Source: a virus. Taken from it: DNA of 40,646 nt. The stretch spans positions 1 through 40,646 of the IMG/VR virus record IMGVR_UViG_3300001202_000005; one strand, given 5' to 3'. The notes under the pieces were generated by a model that was given only the letters and a program-made list of their open reading frames with translations, was not told the DNA's origin and made no database searches. Below, piece by piece: positions 15,573-25,138 of this stretch (position 1 is the first letter of the stretch; each line of letters begins with the position of its first letter). Made by a program: the position numbers and the translations under genes.

Positions 15573-16079
15573 ATGAATACAACAGATTTTAATATTGATG
15601 ACGAGGAATTACAAAAGAAGATTCTTCAAAGGCAAGCTGCTAACTCTCAAGAAGTTACATTAACAGACGAAGAAATACAGGCTTCTGATCAAAAAGTTGA
15701 ACAACAACAAAAAGTAAGTCAAATAGCAGGTGTTTTAGAACAATTAGGTGGCGGACAACAACAAGCTTCTGGTGCCGGAAAACCCCAAAGCAACATAGAT
15801 AAAATTATTGCAGCTAAGAAAGCTACTAGTGGTTTTAAAGTTGTAGGTAAAGCCGGGGAAAGAGCAGGGCAAGCAGCACAGGCAAGTGGCGGGAACCCTT
15901 ACGCAGCAGCAGCGGGAGCAGTTATCGGAGTTGGTGAAGGACTTATTAAAAGAAACCAAGCTAAAAAAGATTTAAAAGTAGCAGAAAAGACTGCATTGGC
16001 AGATATAGAAAGCGATAAACAAAATAAACTACAAGGAAACATTCAAAGTTTCATTTCTAGTTTAAGATCAATTTTATAG
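15573..16079 (+). CDS. Gln/Ala/Gly-rich internal virion-type protein (168 aa)
   Basis: AGGAGAATAATATG RBS. Glycine-zipper-like AAAAGAVIGVGEGLI segment. Confidence 0.7.
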   Translation: MNTTDFNIDDEELQKKILQRQAANSQEVTLTDEEIQASDQKVEQQQKVSQIAGVLEQLGGGQQQASGAGKPQSNIDKIIAAKKATSGFKVVGKAGERAGQAAQASGGNPYAAAAGAVIGVGEGLIKRNQAKKDLKVAEKTALADIESDKQNKLQGNIQSFISSLRSIL

Positions 16080-16089
16080 GAGAATTATT

Positions 16090-16272
16090 ATGATGGATAA
16101 GAAAAAAGAGTATGGACCTAGTTACTTAACTAAGTACGAGAAGAAAATTAGAATGAAAAAAGCATCTGCTTTATTATGTAAAATGTTAAAGAAAGATAAG
16201 ATTTCACATAGTGATAAAGATAATAAATATATCAGTAAGTTTTATAAGGCTGCTGACAAAGGAGGAAAGTAA
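16090..16272 (+). CDS. small lysine-rich protein (60 aa)
   Basis: AGGAGAATTATTATG RBS. About 30 percent Lys by my count. Confidence 0.7.
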   Translation: MMDKKKEYGPSYLTKYEKKIRMKKASALLCKMLKKDKISHSDKDNKYISKFYKAADKGGK

Positions 16273-16439
16273 TGCCAAGTGAAGATATCGGCGGAAGCTA
16301 CTTAGGAAAAATGAAGAAAAAGAAAAGTAAAAAGAAATACAAGAAAAACTCTAGTGTTAAAGTTAAAGAGGAAGTTAAAAACGGCGGGTTCTTAAGTAGC
16401 TTAAAAGACAAGAAGAGATTTAAGATAGGACAATCGTAA
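16272..16439 (+). CDS. small lysine-rich protein (55 aa, below the track cutoff)
   Basis: TAATG-coupled at both ends. Translation: MPSEDIGGSYLGKMKKKKSKKKYKKNSSVKVKEEVKNGGFLSSLKDKKRFKIGQS. It fills the 16272..16439 gap. Confidence 0.6.
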   Translation: MPSEDIGGSYLGKMKKKKSKKKYKKNSSVKVKEEVKNGGFLSSLKDKKRFKIGQS

Positions 16440-17392
16440 TGAGAAGAATCGATAGACTTATAAAGCAGATCCGTAGACAGACTGAAAATCAAGATGTTGG
16501 TCTGAACTTTGGTATTACTGAAGACGAGTTTATCCAATATCTTAACGATGCACAGGAGAGATTACAGTCTTTAATAGTAGCTAACCACCAATCAGTGTTT
16601 GTTGCTGAAGAATTATACGATGCTCAAAGAGGTGTTCAAGAATATGCACTTCCTGAAGATGCTTATATGGATAATAAGATTGTAACTGTAGAATATTCTG
16701 AGAATGGAAACGAAGATAATTTTTATCATTTAAAGCAATCTACATTAAATAGAAGAACTACATATAGTGAAGCACACCCTTTTTCTTATATTAGAAGATC
16801 AGGCAATTTATTGTTACAACCTACACCTAATTTAGGAGGGGTAATAAGATTAAACTATATTAGAAAGATTGATAGATTAGATAGAATTATAGGTAAAATA
16901 CAATTTTTTAATGCGGATACCGAAAGAGATCCAGATACAGGAAGATTTTTCTTTTCTACATTTAGACTTAATACCACAGACGGTGACTGTCCTTTAGATT
17001 TAGATGTTTTAGATGATATTTGTGAAATTTCTATAGTTGGAAAAGACGGTAAGCGAAAGCTATCTATGGAAGTAGATGGTTTCAACTCTAGTACTGGGGA
17101 GTTTAATTTTGATACTTTTCCTAGTTTTACAGAAGATTCTGGATTATTCGAAGTTGAACCAGGAGACTTTATTGTTGAAGGTATTAGAACAGCGGCTCAA
17201 TCAGAATTACCCGATATGTGCGAAAGATATTTAATAGCTTATGCTAGTTGGAAAATACTTAAAAGAGATTCATCTACTGACTCTGCTGAACAATCGGTTG
17301 AATTAGTACAAATGGAGCAAGAAATTGTAGCTTCTTTTGCAGATGTAGACGATGATATTCTATGTATTCCTTTAATTAATTTGGATTGGTAA
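16439..17392 (+). CDS. virion structural protein (317 aa; adaptor / tubular-protein-A position)
   Basis: Immediately precedes the 764-aa nozzle-sized protein, as in T7-like gene order. Function is from position only. Confidence 0.6.
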   Translation: MRRIDRLIKQIRRQTENQDVGLNFGITEDEFIQYLNDAQERLQSLIVANHQSVFVAEELYDAQRGVQEYALPEDAYMDNKIVTVEYSENGNEDNFYHLKQSTLNRRTTYSEAHPFSYIRRSGNLLLQPTPNLGGVIRLNYIRKIDRLDRIIGKIQFFNADTERDPDTGRFFFSTFRLNTTDGDCPLDLDVLDDICEISIVGKDGKRKLSMEVDGFNSSTGEFNFDTFPSFTEDSGLFEVEPGDFIVEGIRTAAQSELPDMCERYLIAYASWKILKRDSSTDSAEQSVELVQMEQEIVASFADVDDDILCIPLINLDW

Positions 17393-19687
17393 ATGGCAGT
17401 AGTATATAATTTATTAAAACCGTTTAAAAGATGGTTAGGTTTAGATTTACGTAGTAGTGATGTAAATAGGGCACCCGAACATGCGACAGAGATACTTAAT
17501 GTAGATTATCGTAAAACAGGTGCCATGAACAAAAGAAAAGGCTATAAATGGATTACTGGAGATAAAGGTGGTTGTGGTATAACTACTTATCTTCAATTAA
17601 ATCCAACAACTAATGCCTTAGAAGAGACTCTGATTTCTATAGACGGTCAATTAAATACATTGACTCAAGAAACAATAACTATAACATATACTGGATTACA
17701 AGCATGTTTTATTAGTGTTACTTTAAAAGAAGATGGTTTTTATTACTTTGAAGCATTTGAAGATAATGATTCTTTTCTTGAAATTAACTTAGGTAAAGAT
17801 ATAGACGATACTAGTGTTATATCTGTACAAAACCTAGTAGATGAAATAAACTTATCTACTTTATTAACTGCTAGTACACCTATAAATGGAACCTCGCCTG
17901 CCACAGATTTAGTTATAGCAGAGAATGTAATATTAAACAATACAGGGGAATTAAAACTTAATTTCTTTGAAACAGTAGAAACCCCTACTAACTCACCTGA
18001 TTTCTTTGCAGAATTAACAGCAGCTAAGAATGATCCTGAGTATGAGAACCCTAGTTTTGCTAACATAAGTAGTAATTTATACATAGCTTCAGCTTTTCAT
18101 GATTTATTAAAATATGATGGAACTAGATTGTATAGAGCCGGGTTACCTATGCCAGAAGATATAACTTTAAATAATCAAATAGTAGGTTCTGGGGTCACTA
18201 TATGGGACAATGCTCCTTTAAACCCTGAAATATTTTATCAAATAACATACAGATATACAGATGCTAACGGAAATATAATAGATTCAGATGCTTCTGCTCC
18301 TTTTGGAGTAGATGTAAGTGCCTCTCCTTTTCATGATATCACTATTAATATACCCACTATTTTGGAAGGTTCGGGGTTTGATACAGACGGAAATATAGAA
18401 ATAGACATTTGGAAAACATTACCAGATGCACCAAATAACTTTTTATTTGTAGAAACAATAAGTAATGATCCTACAGTATCTAGCATATCTTATAATGATA
18501 CTACGGATTTTACTACATTATTTCAATCATTTTCATATATTATACCTTTAGCTCCTCACTCGTTACCTCCTAGAATGAAATATATTCACGTATATCAAGG
18601 TTTATTAGTAGGAACAGGTAATAATTCAGATATTAATACTGTATTTTATTCAGATATAGACTCGCCTGAATATTTCCCTAATAACGGAAATTCCTTCTTG
18701 ATTGAGTCTCAGATGGGTGACCGAAATACAGGTGTAAGTTCTTTAGGTAACTCTTTATTTGTATTTCAAAATGAATCAATACATCAAGTATTAGGTAACC
18801 TTTTTGATGGAACATTCTCAGTAGATTATTATGGGAATGGTAGAATAGGCTGTTCAGCACATCACACAATACAAGAAGTTAATGGGTTCTTATATTTCTT
18901 ATCTAGAAAAGGTGTTTTTGCATTAGATCAAAATGGACAACAATTAGGTGAGGTTTCTTTATTAATAGAGCAATTATTTACAGATCATGATCAACCATAT
19001 AACTTTAAAAGAGCAGTAGCTATAAATCATCTAGAAGAGGATAAATATCTACTTTATATGCCTGTTAGTAACACTGAAACAGACCTGTCAGCTACAGAAG
19101 AATCTGAAATATTCGCATATGATTATGTTAGACAGGCTTGGTTAAGATGGAATAATATGAACGCCCAATCAGGGTTTACTATATTTAATAGATGTCTATA
19201 TTTTGGAGAAAACTCCCCCACACATAATAGACTAGCTCAAATACACGATACAGGATCTACTCAAGATTACGCAGATCATACAGATCCTATTGAGTTTATA
19301 TACAAATCTCACTGGGAGGATCTAGGGGAACCTTCAGTATTTAAGAAATTCGTAAGAATGAATGTTATATCTCTAGATGCTTCTTTAGATGATTTTGAAT
19401 CAGATTCCTTTATATTAGAGTATGCTAGTGAAATTGATTGGATTGACTCACCTTCTACTACTAGATTATTAGATTTCGGTGGGGATCAAGGCGGCTGGGG
19501 TGTAGATCAGTGGGGTCTATTTCCATGGGGTAATGAAAGACTAGATAGAGTTAGAACTAAGATGTTTCCAGTTAAGTGTAAGTCTTTAAGGACTACATTT
19601 AGAAACAATAATTTAATAGAAAACGTGTTAATTTCTATAGTTGAATATGAAGTAGCTACAAACTACAAGCCATTCATAAAGGAATAA
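17393..19687 (+). CDS. virion structural protein (764 aa; tail tubular protein B / nozzle-like by size and position)
   Basis: Size and synteny match T7-type gp12. No motif-level evidence. Confidence 0.55.
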   Translation: MAVVYNLLKPFKRWLGLDLRSSDVNRAPEHATEILNVDYRKTGAMNKRKGYKWITGDKGGCGITTYLQLNPTTNALEETLISIDGQLNTLTQETITITYTGLQACFISVTLKEDGFYYFEAFEDNDSFLEINLGKDIDDTSVISVQNLVDEINLSTLLTASTPINGTSPATDLVIAENVILNNTGELKLNFFETVETPTNSPDFFAELTAAKNDPEYENPSFANISSNLYIASAFHDLLKYDGTRLYRAGLPMPEDITLNNQIVGSGVTIWDNAPLNPEIFYQITYRYTDANGNIIDSDASAPFGVDVSASPFHDITINIPTILEGSGFDTDGNIEIDIWKTLPDAPNNFLFVETISNDPTVSSISYNDTTDFTTLFQSFSYIIPLAPHSLPPRMKYIHVYQGLLVGTGNNSDINTVFYSDIDSPEYFPNNGNSFLIESQMGDRNTGVSSLGNSLFVFQNESIHQVLGNLFDGTFSVDYYGNGRIGCSAHHTIQEVNGFLYFLSRKGVFALDQNGQQLGEVSLLIEQLFTDHDQPYNFKRAVAINHLEEDKYLLYMPVSNTETDLSATEESEIFAYDYVRQAWLRWNNMNAQSGFTIFNRCLYFGENSPTHNRLAQIHDTGSTQDYADHTDPIEFIYKSHWEDLGEPSVFKKFVRMNVISLDASLDDFESDSFILEYASEIDWIDSPSTTRLLDFGGDQGGWGVDQWGLFPWGNERLDRVRTKMFPVKCKSLRTTFRNNNLIENVLISIVEYEVATNYKPFIKE

Positions 19688-19987
19688 ATGAGATTCAAAT
19701 TAGAGAATTTATTCGATTTCAGACAGCTTATAAAGCACTTAAGTTCTGGATTACAGCGATTAACCCTAGATGATAACTTTGAGGGGACCCGAATTTCAGT
19801 CAATTTTAACGGAAATGGTGAGGTTCAAGTACGAAATCCCTTGAATTTTATCCCCACTAGTTATATAATAATAAGTAAGTCCGCTAGTGGGACTATATTT
19901 AGGTCAAATACATGGACTAACGATTTTATATATTTTACAAACGATGGTACCGAACCTATGGAATCCATCATATTTTTAATGAGGTAA
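19688..19987 (+). CDS. hypothetical virion protein (99 aa)
   Basis: Abuts both neighbours in the structural block. Confidence 0.7.
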   Translation: MRFKLENLFDFRQLIKHLSSGLQRLTLDDNFEGTRISVNFNGNGEVQVRNPLNFIPTSYIIISKSASGTIFRSNTWTNDFIYFTNDGTEPMESIIFLMR

Positions 19988-19989
19988 TA

Positions 19990-20580
19990 ATGGCAACTTT
20001 AATTGCATCTCCGGCACCAACAAAACCACAATCTGCGACAGAACAAGTTCTAGGAGATGTAAAAAAAGGTATAGGTGTAGGTAAGGATCTAGTAGGGGAC
20101 GGATCGCTAGGTAGATTAGGCGGTGACAAAGATCTTAAAAATATTATTAATCAAAAGAGAAGATTATCTCAAGGTCTAACAGGGTCCGAGACAGCAGTAC
20201 AGAGAAGTATAGCTGATAATGCGATTAACTCTAGTACAGAACAAGCTAGGAGAAGATTGGCTTCCGCTCAAGCAAGATCAGGTCTTAGAGGTGGGACCGC
20301 TACGAACCAACAATCTCAGATCATCGGTCAAGGTATTCAAGCACAACAACAGTTTCAACAAGGACTAGTTCAGAATAATAGGGCAGCCCAACTTCAGGGT
20401 CTAAATAGCCTAGAAAGTACTGTAAATGGTGTAAGGCAATTTGATCTTAGTCAACAGGCTAAAGAAAAGTTTGCTCAACTATCTTCTGGGTTCAATCTTG
20501 CTGGTATCGGGGCAACCGAAAGAGGAGCATTGGCTCAAACAGAAGCAACTAAGTTCGCAGCAGAAAATAGTGGAAAGTAA
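19990..20580 (+). CDS. Gln-rich internal virion-type protein (196 aa)
   Basis: Position and size are like a T7-type internal core protein. Low-complexity Q/G/A-rich sequence. Confidence 0.6.
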   Translation: MATLIASPAPTKPQSATEQVLGDVKKGIGVGKDLVGDGSLGRLGGDKDLKNIINQKRRLSQGLTGSETAVQRSIADNAINSSTEQARRRLASAQARSGLRGGTATNQQSQIIGQGIQAQQQFQQGLVQNNRAAQLQGLNSLESTVNGVRQFDLSQQAKEKFAQLSSGFNLAGIGATERGALAQTEATKFAAENSGK

Positions 20581-20593
20581 TTTTCAAAAAGAA

Positions 20594-20884
20594 ATGTACG
20601 GTAGAGATACTTTATATTCTGATAAAGGATATATAGTTTATAATATACATGAAGATAAATCTGCGTATGTTCACCAAATTTATATTAAACCAGAATATAG
20701 AAGAACAGGTGCAATACAAGAATTAGAAGATATAATAAGAGATAAGCACGATGTTGAAATAGTTGCTTGTTTTGTAGATTTAAAGTCTAAAAACCCAGAA
20801 CAGTCTTTAATGGCTATTTTAAGTAGAGGGTATAAAATATTATCTGTTAATACAACTAGTATAGAACTATTTAAGGAATTATAA
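20594..20884 (+). CDS. minimal GNAT-like acetyltransferase core (96 aa from ATG 20594)
   Basis: YVHQIYIKPEYRRTGAIQELEDII resembles GNAT motif A (PeyRgkGig..L). SLMAILSRGYKIL resembles motif B. The N-terminal extension in the track overlaps the previous gene. Weak SD. Confidence 0.4.
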   Translation: MYGRDTLYSDKGYIVYNIHEDKSAYVHQIYIKPEYRRTGAIQELEDIIRDKHDVEIVACFVDLKSKNPEQSLMAILSRGYKILSVNTTSIELFKEL

Positions 20885-22083
20885 TGGACGAAAGAGAAAA
20901 AGAGAAAAAACCTATTTCTGCTAAACTAAAATCAGCAGCTAGTAATTTAACTAAAGCTAAAACACCTGAGGTAGACGAAATAGACGAAGATAAGGATTTT
21001 GATGAAGCAGTAGCAGAGGCTAATTCTCCAGAAGGTAAAAAGAAAAAGAAAAATCTTACTAGTACATTTCTTAAGTTTGCTCCAGCTATACTAGGCGTTA
21101 TCGGAGGTAATTCTAATGCTGTTAAATCTAGTTTAAATTTACTTGCAGCAGACGATAAATTGGCTATAGCTAAGCAAGAAGCTAGAGCACAGGCACTTGA
21201 GGCTAAAAAGAAAGCCATTAATGAAAATAGAGAATTTGATCTTAAAGTTAGGAAACAAGATTTTGATGAATTAGATAGGACCGCAGACAACGTTAGAGCG
21301 GATAAAAATACTGTAGTTCAAGAACAAAGAGCCGGTTTTGAGAAAACACGAATAGAAAATGCAGAAAAACAACAAGTTATAGATAATAATTTTGAAAGAA
21401 AGAAATTAGAAAATTCAAATAAGGCTTTAGAGGTTCAGGTAAAGAATGCCAACCTTAGAGCTAAAGAATTAGATTTAAGTAAAAAGGACCTATCTGAAAA
21501 ACAAAAAAGTAAAGAACAAGCTAAGATAGACAAAGAAAAGAAAGAGCTATCTAAATTAGAGATTAAAGGTGTAGGGTTTGCTACATCTGCAAAAGAAGCA
21601 GAACAAGGTAGAGATGTTCTTAGTAAAACTAATCAGGCTTTAGGTACATTAAAAAAAATAGTAGAGCTCAGGAAGGCTCATGGAGCAGGCACTATATTTA
21701 ATAGGGCAGATATAGCCGAAGGTAAATCTCTAGCAAAAGACTTGCAAATTGTACTTAAATCTAAATCATTTTTTGATCTAGGCGTACTACAGAAGGCTGA
21801 CTTAGAGTTACTAGAAGGTATAGTAGGTAGTAATCCTTTAGGTATAGATTTTACAGGGGCTACAGAAGCCAAGTTTAAGCAAGCAGAAGACCTTATATTA
21901 AATAAAGCAGGTTCTTTTTTTAATTCCAGAGGATTTGATTCCCCCTTTAGTGCTGATTCGCAGGTAGAAGATAATGTAAATTCAGAACAGCCTCAGCCAG
22001 CACCTCACGGTGATACAGTTACTAGAAATGGTAAAAACTATAGATGGAATGCCACTAGAGGTAAATATCAATTGGATCAATAA
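20884..22083 (+). CDS. Lys/Glu-rich coiled-coil internal virion-type protein (399 aa)
   Basis: TAATG-coupled. Long K/E-rich helical region, at the position of ejection proteins. Confidence 0.65.
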   Translation: MDEREKEKKPISAKLKSAASNLTKAKTPEVDEIDEDKDFDEAVAEANSPEGKKKKKNLTSTFLKFAPAILGVIGGNSNAVKSSLNLLAADDKLAIAKQEARAQALEAKKKAINENREFDLKVRKQDFDELDRTADNVRADKNTVVQEQRAGFEKTRIENAEKQQVIDNNFERKKLENSNKALEVQVKNANLRAKELDLSKKDLSEKQKSKEQAKIDKEKKELSKLEIKGVGFATSAKEAEQGRDVLSKTNQALGTLKKIVELRKAHGAGTIFNRADIAEGKSLAKDLQIVLKSKSFFDLGVLQKADLELLEGIVGSNPLGIDFTGATEAKFKQAEDLILNKAGSFFNSRGFDSPFSADSQVEDNVNSEQPQPAPHGDTVTRNGKNYRWNATRGKYQLDQ

Positions 22084-24156
22084 ATGAATGATAAGTTAGA
22101 CGAAAGCCTATTTGAAGACGTACCTTTTGAAGGTAATACACAAGATTCTTTGTTTGAAGATGTTCCTTTTTCTGAACAAGAAGATATACAGGAACAACAA
22201 GCAGTTCAAGAAATACAACAGGAAAAAGTACGTGCTGTAGCTGAGGAAATCAGTCCTGTAGAAACTTTTATAGCTACAGGTATTAACTCTGCTTTATTTG
22301 AAACAGGGGACGAAATAAAAGCTGGTCTAGAAACTGGGTTTGGGTTCTTTGGTGACTATGATGCAGCGTTACAAGAAAACAGAGCATATTTACAAGCAGC
22401 AGAAGAACAAAACCCTAAGGCAGCAACAGCAGGTCTAGTAACAGGAGCTATAGCTTCAGGTATTGCTACAGGCGGGGCATTAGGTGCAGCAGGATTATTG
22501 TCAAAAGGTAAGACTTTAGCTAACGCAGTTAAAATAGGAACTTTAGAAGGATCTCTTACTGGTTGGGGAGCCAGTGAAGAAGAAAAGTTTAAAGATCAAC
22601 TGTACGATGGATTAGAGGGAGCCGCAATTGGCGGTGCAGCAGGTGGGTTCTTTGACGTAGGCGGTAAGGCTTTAAAATCAACTAGTAGATTCATTCCTCA
22701 AAACATTAAAGATACATCTGAATTACTTATAGATAGAGCAGCAGGTATTTATAATAAAACACTTAAGAGACAGTTTGATAATGTTATAGATAGGATAGGT
22801 GGTACTAGAGAAGAATTTTACGGTAGAATACAGGATTTGAAGTTTAGAGACGGAAAGAATGTTTTAGACTTTAGTAAAAATAGGGTAGATATAGCAGAAG
22901 ATTTTAGATTAAAGAGAAAAGAACTAGGTAAGGATTATGAAGATATTTATAGCACTGCTGATGAATTTATACCCGAAGGATTTTCTCTTTCTGAAATTGC
23001 GGACGAATTAAATCTTAGATTTTCTTTTGATGACGACATACAAAAAGAGTTATTAAATCCAGAAAATACAGCTATTATAGAAAATATACAAAAAGCTCAA
23101 AACTATATAGAGTCTATAGGATATGTTAACGGGAAGCCCAGACAAGGAAACATATCTCTCTCAGGTATAGAAACTAAGAGAAAAGCACTAGTTACAAACT
23201 TTTCACAATCTAACAGAAGATCTGGTATTACAGATTACAAAAAGCTAACTGATGTAGAACAAAAACTAGAAAGACATTATAAAGAAATAATTAAAGACAA
23301 AATTAAAGATATTCCTCAAAGTAAAATAAGTGGTATTGCTGGAGAAGGTGCTGATTCGGCTGCCATCAAAGGTAACCTTAAAGACTTATTAGAGGAAACT
23401 GATAAATCGTTTCAGGTAACTCATGAATACTATACTCTAGCTAAAGAAACTGCTAACTTTGATAAGGCTTCTGGTGCTGGTTTACTGTTTGAATTTATAT
23501 CTAAGAATAATACATTTTTAGGTCTTAGTGCTGCTGGGGGAGCCTTCGATGCAGGGGACGGAGATTTCCTAAGAGGTGCAGGATTATTTGGGTTAGCATT
23601 ATCTGCTAGAACTGCTGCTAGGAACCCTAATGTATTGAGGTCTTTGGGAAAAGCAGGTAAGAAATTATTAGACAACAATATAGTTAAGACATCTGCTGAT
23701 GCAGGTAGATTATTAAATAAATATGCTGATCAATTACTTCAAAACCCAAAAGATGCTGTTACTAAAGCAGCTAGATTAGGTATAGGTAGTGGGAGGCTAA
23801 GTATTCAACAATATCAATCAAATACAGTAGATGAAATAATGCGTATGGAAGGCTATATTCCTACAGAAGAAGAAAAAGCTGCTAAAATAGAAGAAATTAA
23901 AGCAAGGGCTCCACAAACAGGTGTTAGAAAAGCTTTAAAAGACATGGATATAGTTAATCAACAAAATCTAGATCCAGATAAACTACCACAAGAACCTCAA
24001 GGCGAACAGCCTTTCTTTAGAGAATTAAAAGCTAGACCTAGAGGGGAAAATGGAAGGAAATTACAGGACGAAGACAGAACTATAGAGCTTCCTTCTTTTG
24101 ATTTATCTGACCCTAGTATTATACCTATTAAACCAGAGGGATTTGAGGACTTTTAA
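22084..24156 (+). CDS. large internal virion (ejection)-type protein with Gly/Ala-rich hydrophobic segments (690 aa)
   Basis: Segments TAGLVTGAIASGIATGGALGAAGLL and AAIGGAAGGFF look like glycine-zipper membrane segments. Position is analogous to T7 gp15/16. Confidence 0.6.
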   Translation: MNDKLDESLFEDVPFEGNTQDSLFEDVPFSEQEDIQEQQAVQEIQQEKVRAVAEEISPVETFIATGINSALFETGDEIKAGLETGFGFFGDYDAALQENRAYLQAAEEQNPKAATAGLVTGAIASGIATGGALGAAGLLSKGKTLANAVKIGTLEGSLTGWGASEEEKFKDQLYDGLEGAAIGGAAGGFFDVGGKALKSTSRFIPQNIKDTSELLIDRAAGIYNKTLKRQFDNVIDRIGGTREEFYGRIQDLKFRDGKNVLDFSKNRVDIAEDFRLKRKELGKDYEDIYSTADEFIPEGFSLSEIADELNLRFSFDDDIQKELLNPENTAIIENIQKAQNYIESIGYVNGKPRQGNISLSGIETKRKALVTNFSQSNRRSGITDYKKLTDVEQKLERHYKEIIKDKIKDIPQSKISGIAGEGADSAAIKGNLKDLLEETDKSFQVTHEYYTLAKETANFDKASGAGLLFEFISKNNTFLGLSAAGGAFDAGDGDFLRGAGLFGLALSARTAARNPNVLRSLGKAGKKLLDNNIVKTSADAGRLLNKYADQLLQNPKDAVTKAARLGIGSGRLSIQQYQSNTVDEIMRMEGYIPTEEEKAAKIEEIKARAPQTGVRKALKDMDIVNQQNLDPDKLPQEPQGEQPFFRELKARPRGENGRKLQDEDRTIELPSFDLSDPSIIPIKPEGFEDF

Positions 24157-24386
24157 TGAATAAGAAAAGCATGGACGCACTAGATAGAATTAATGATAAA
24201 TTAGATAATGTGGCTGAATGTCAAATTCGTATGGAAGCCGACCTTAAATATCATATTAAACGAACAGATATATTGGAAAATAAGGTTAAGCCATTAGGTA
24301 GAACTTATGACGCAATGAAATTAATATTACCATTTTTGGGTGCAGTTTATGCATTCCGGAAGCAGATTTTGGAGTTATTACAGTGA
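24156..24386 (+). CDS. small protein with C-terminal TM helix (76 aa)
   Basis: TAATG-coupled. Hydrophobic MKLILPFLGAVYAF segment. Confidence 0.7.
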   Translation: MNKKSMDALDRINDKLDNVAECQIRMEADLKYHIKRTDILENKVKPLGRTYDAMKLILPFLGAVYAFRKQILELLQ

Positions 24387-24856
24387 GTTTAAGAATAGCC
24401 TTTAACGGCGGTGTTTTACCCGAAGCTACAACTGAAAGACTAGTTGGAATTAAGATAGAAGCAGAACCAGGAAGGACAGAATCAGAAGGTGTTATACCTT
24501 TAATAGACGGATATACAATTACTAACGGTGCTGTAGATTTTCCTATTTTTGCATCTAAATGGACTTCTTTTGTAGTAGGAAATGACTTAGTTGTACCTAC
24601 TGGTTGGAATGGTTCTTTTACTAGAAATATTGGAGGTAACGCAGATACTTTCGAAACAAAACAAGGTGACTTAATCGGCTCTCATAGCCATACATATAAT
24701 AGACCTCCTCAAAACCAATTTACAGGTAGAGGTACAGGTACTAATATAGCAAGAAGAGGTACAAATTCAAACGTACAAACCTCTTCTACAGGCGGGATAG
24801 AAACTAGACCAGAGAACTTTGGTTTACAATATTATTTAATATTAGACACATTTTAG
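24383..24856 (+). CDS. tail collar/fibre-like protein (157 aa)
   Basis: PTGWNG...GGNADTFETKQGDLIGSHSHTY resembles the collar-domain P.GW ... H.H pattern. GTG start overlaps the upstream stop. Confidence 0.45.
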   Translation: MSLRIAFNGGVLPEATTERLVGIKIEAEPGRTESEGVIPLIDGYTITNGAVDFPIFASKWTSFVVGNDLVVPTGWNGSFTRNIGGNADTFETKQGDLIGSHSHTYNRPPQNQFTGRGTGTNIARRGTNSNVQTSSTGGIETRPENFGLQYYLILDTF

Positions 24857-24865
24857 GAGAAATAA

Positions 24866-25138
24866 ATGGAAGTAGAATTAAAAGTTATAATTTTAACAAT
24901 GACAGGCTCGCCACAGCCTTTATCAATAGATAATCATAGGGTATTATCTTTAACTTTAGATGCAGATAATCCTTTTGCATTAGGAGATATTGATGTACAA
25001 GCTGGATCGACAACTAGTGCTCAATTAGAACAAGTATTTAGAGATGATAGACATATTACTTATGATCTTAAAGATATTTATGTAAACGGAACAGGAGAAT
25101 TAAGAATATTCACTGTTCAAACAAAGCAGGTTGACTAA
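24866..25138 (+). CDS. hypothetical virion protein (90 aa)
   Basis: AGGAGAAATAAATG RBS. Confidence 0.75.
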   Translation: MEVELKVIILTMTGSPQPLSIDNHRVLSLTLDADNPFALGDIDVQAGSTTSAQLEQVFRDDRHITYDLKDIYVNGTGELRIFTVQTKQVD

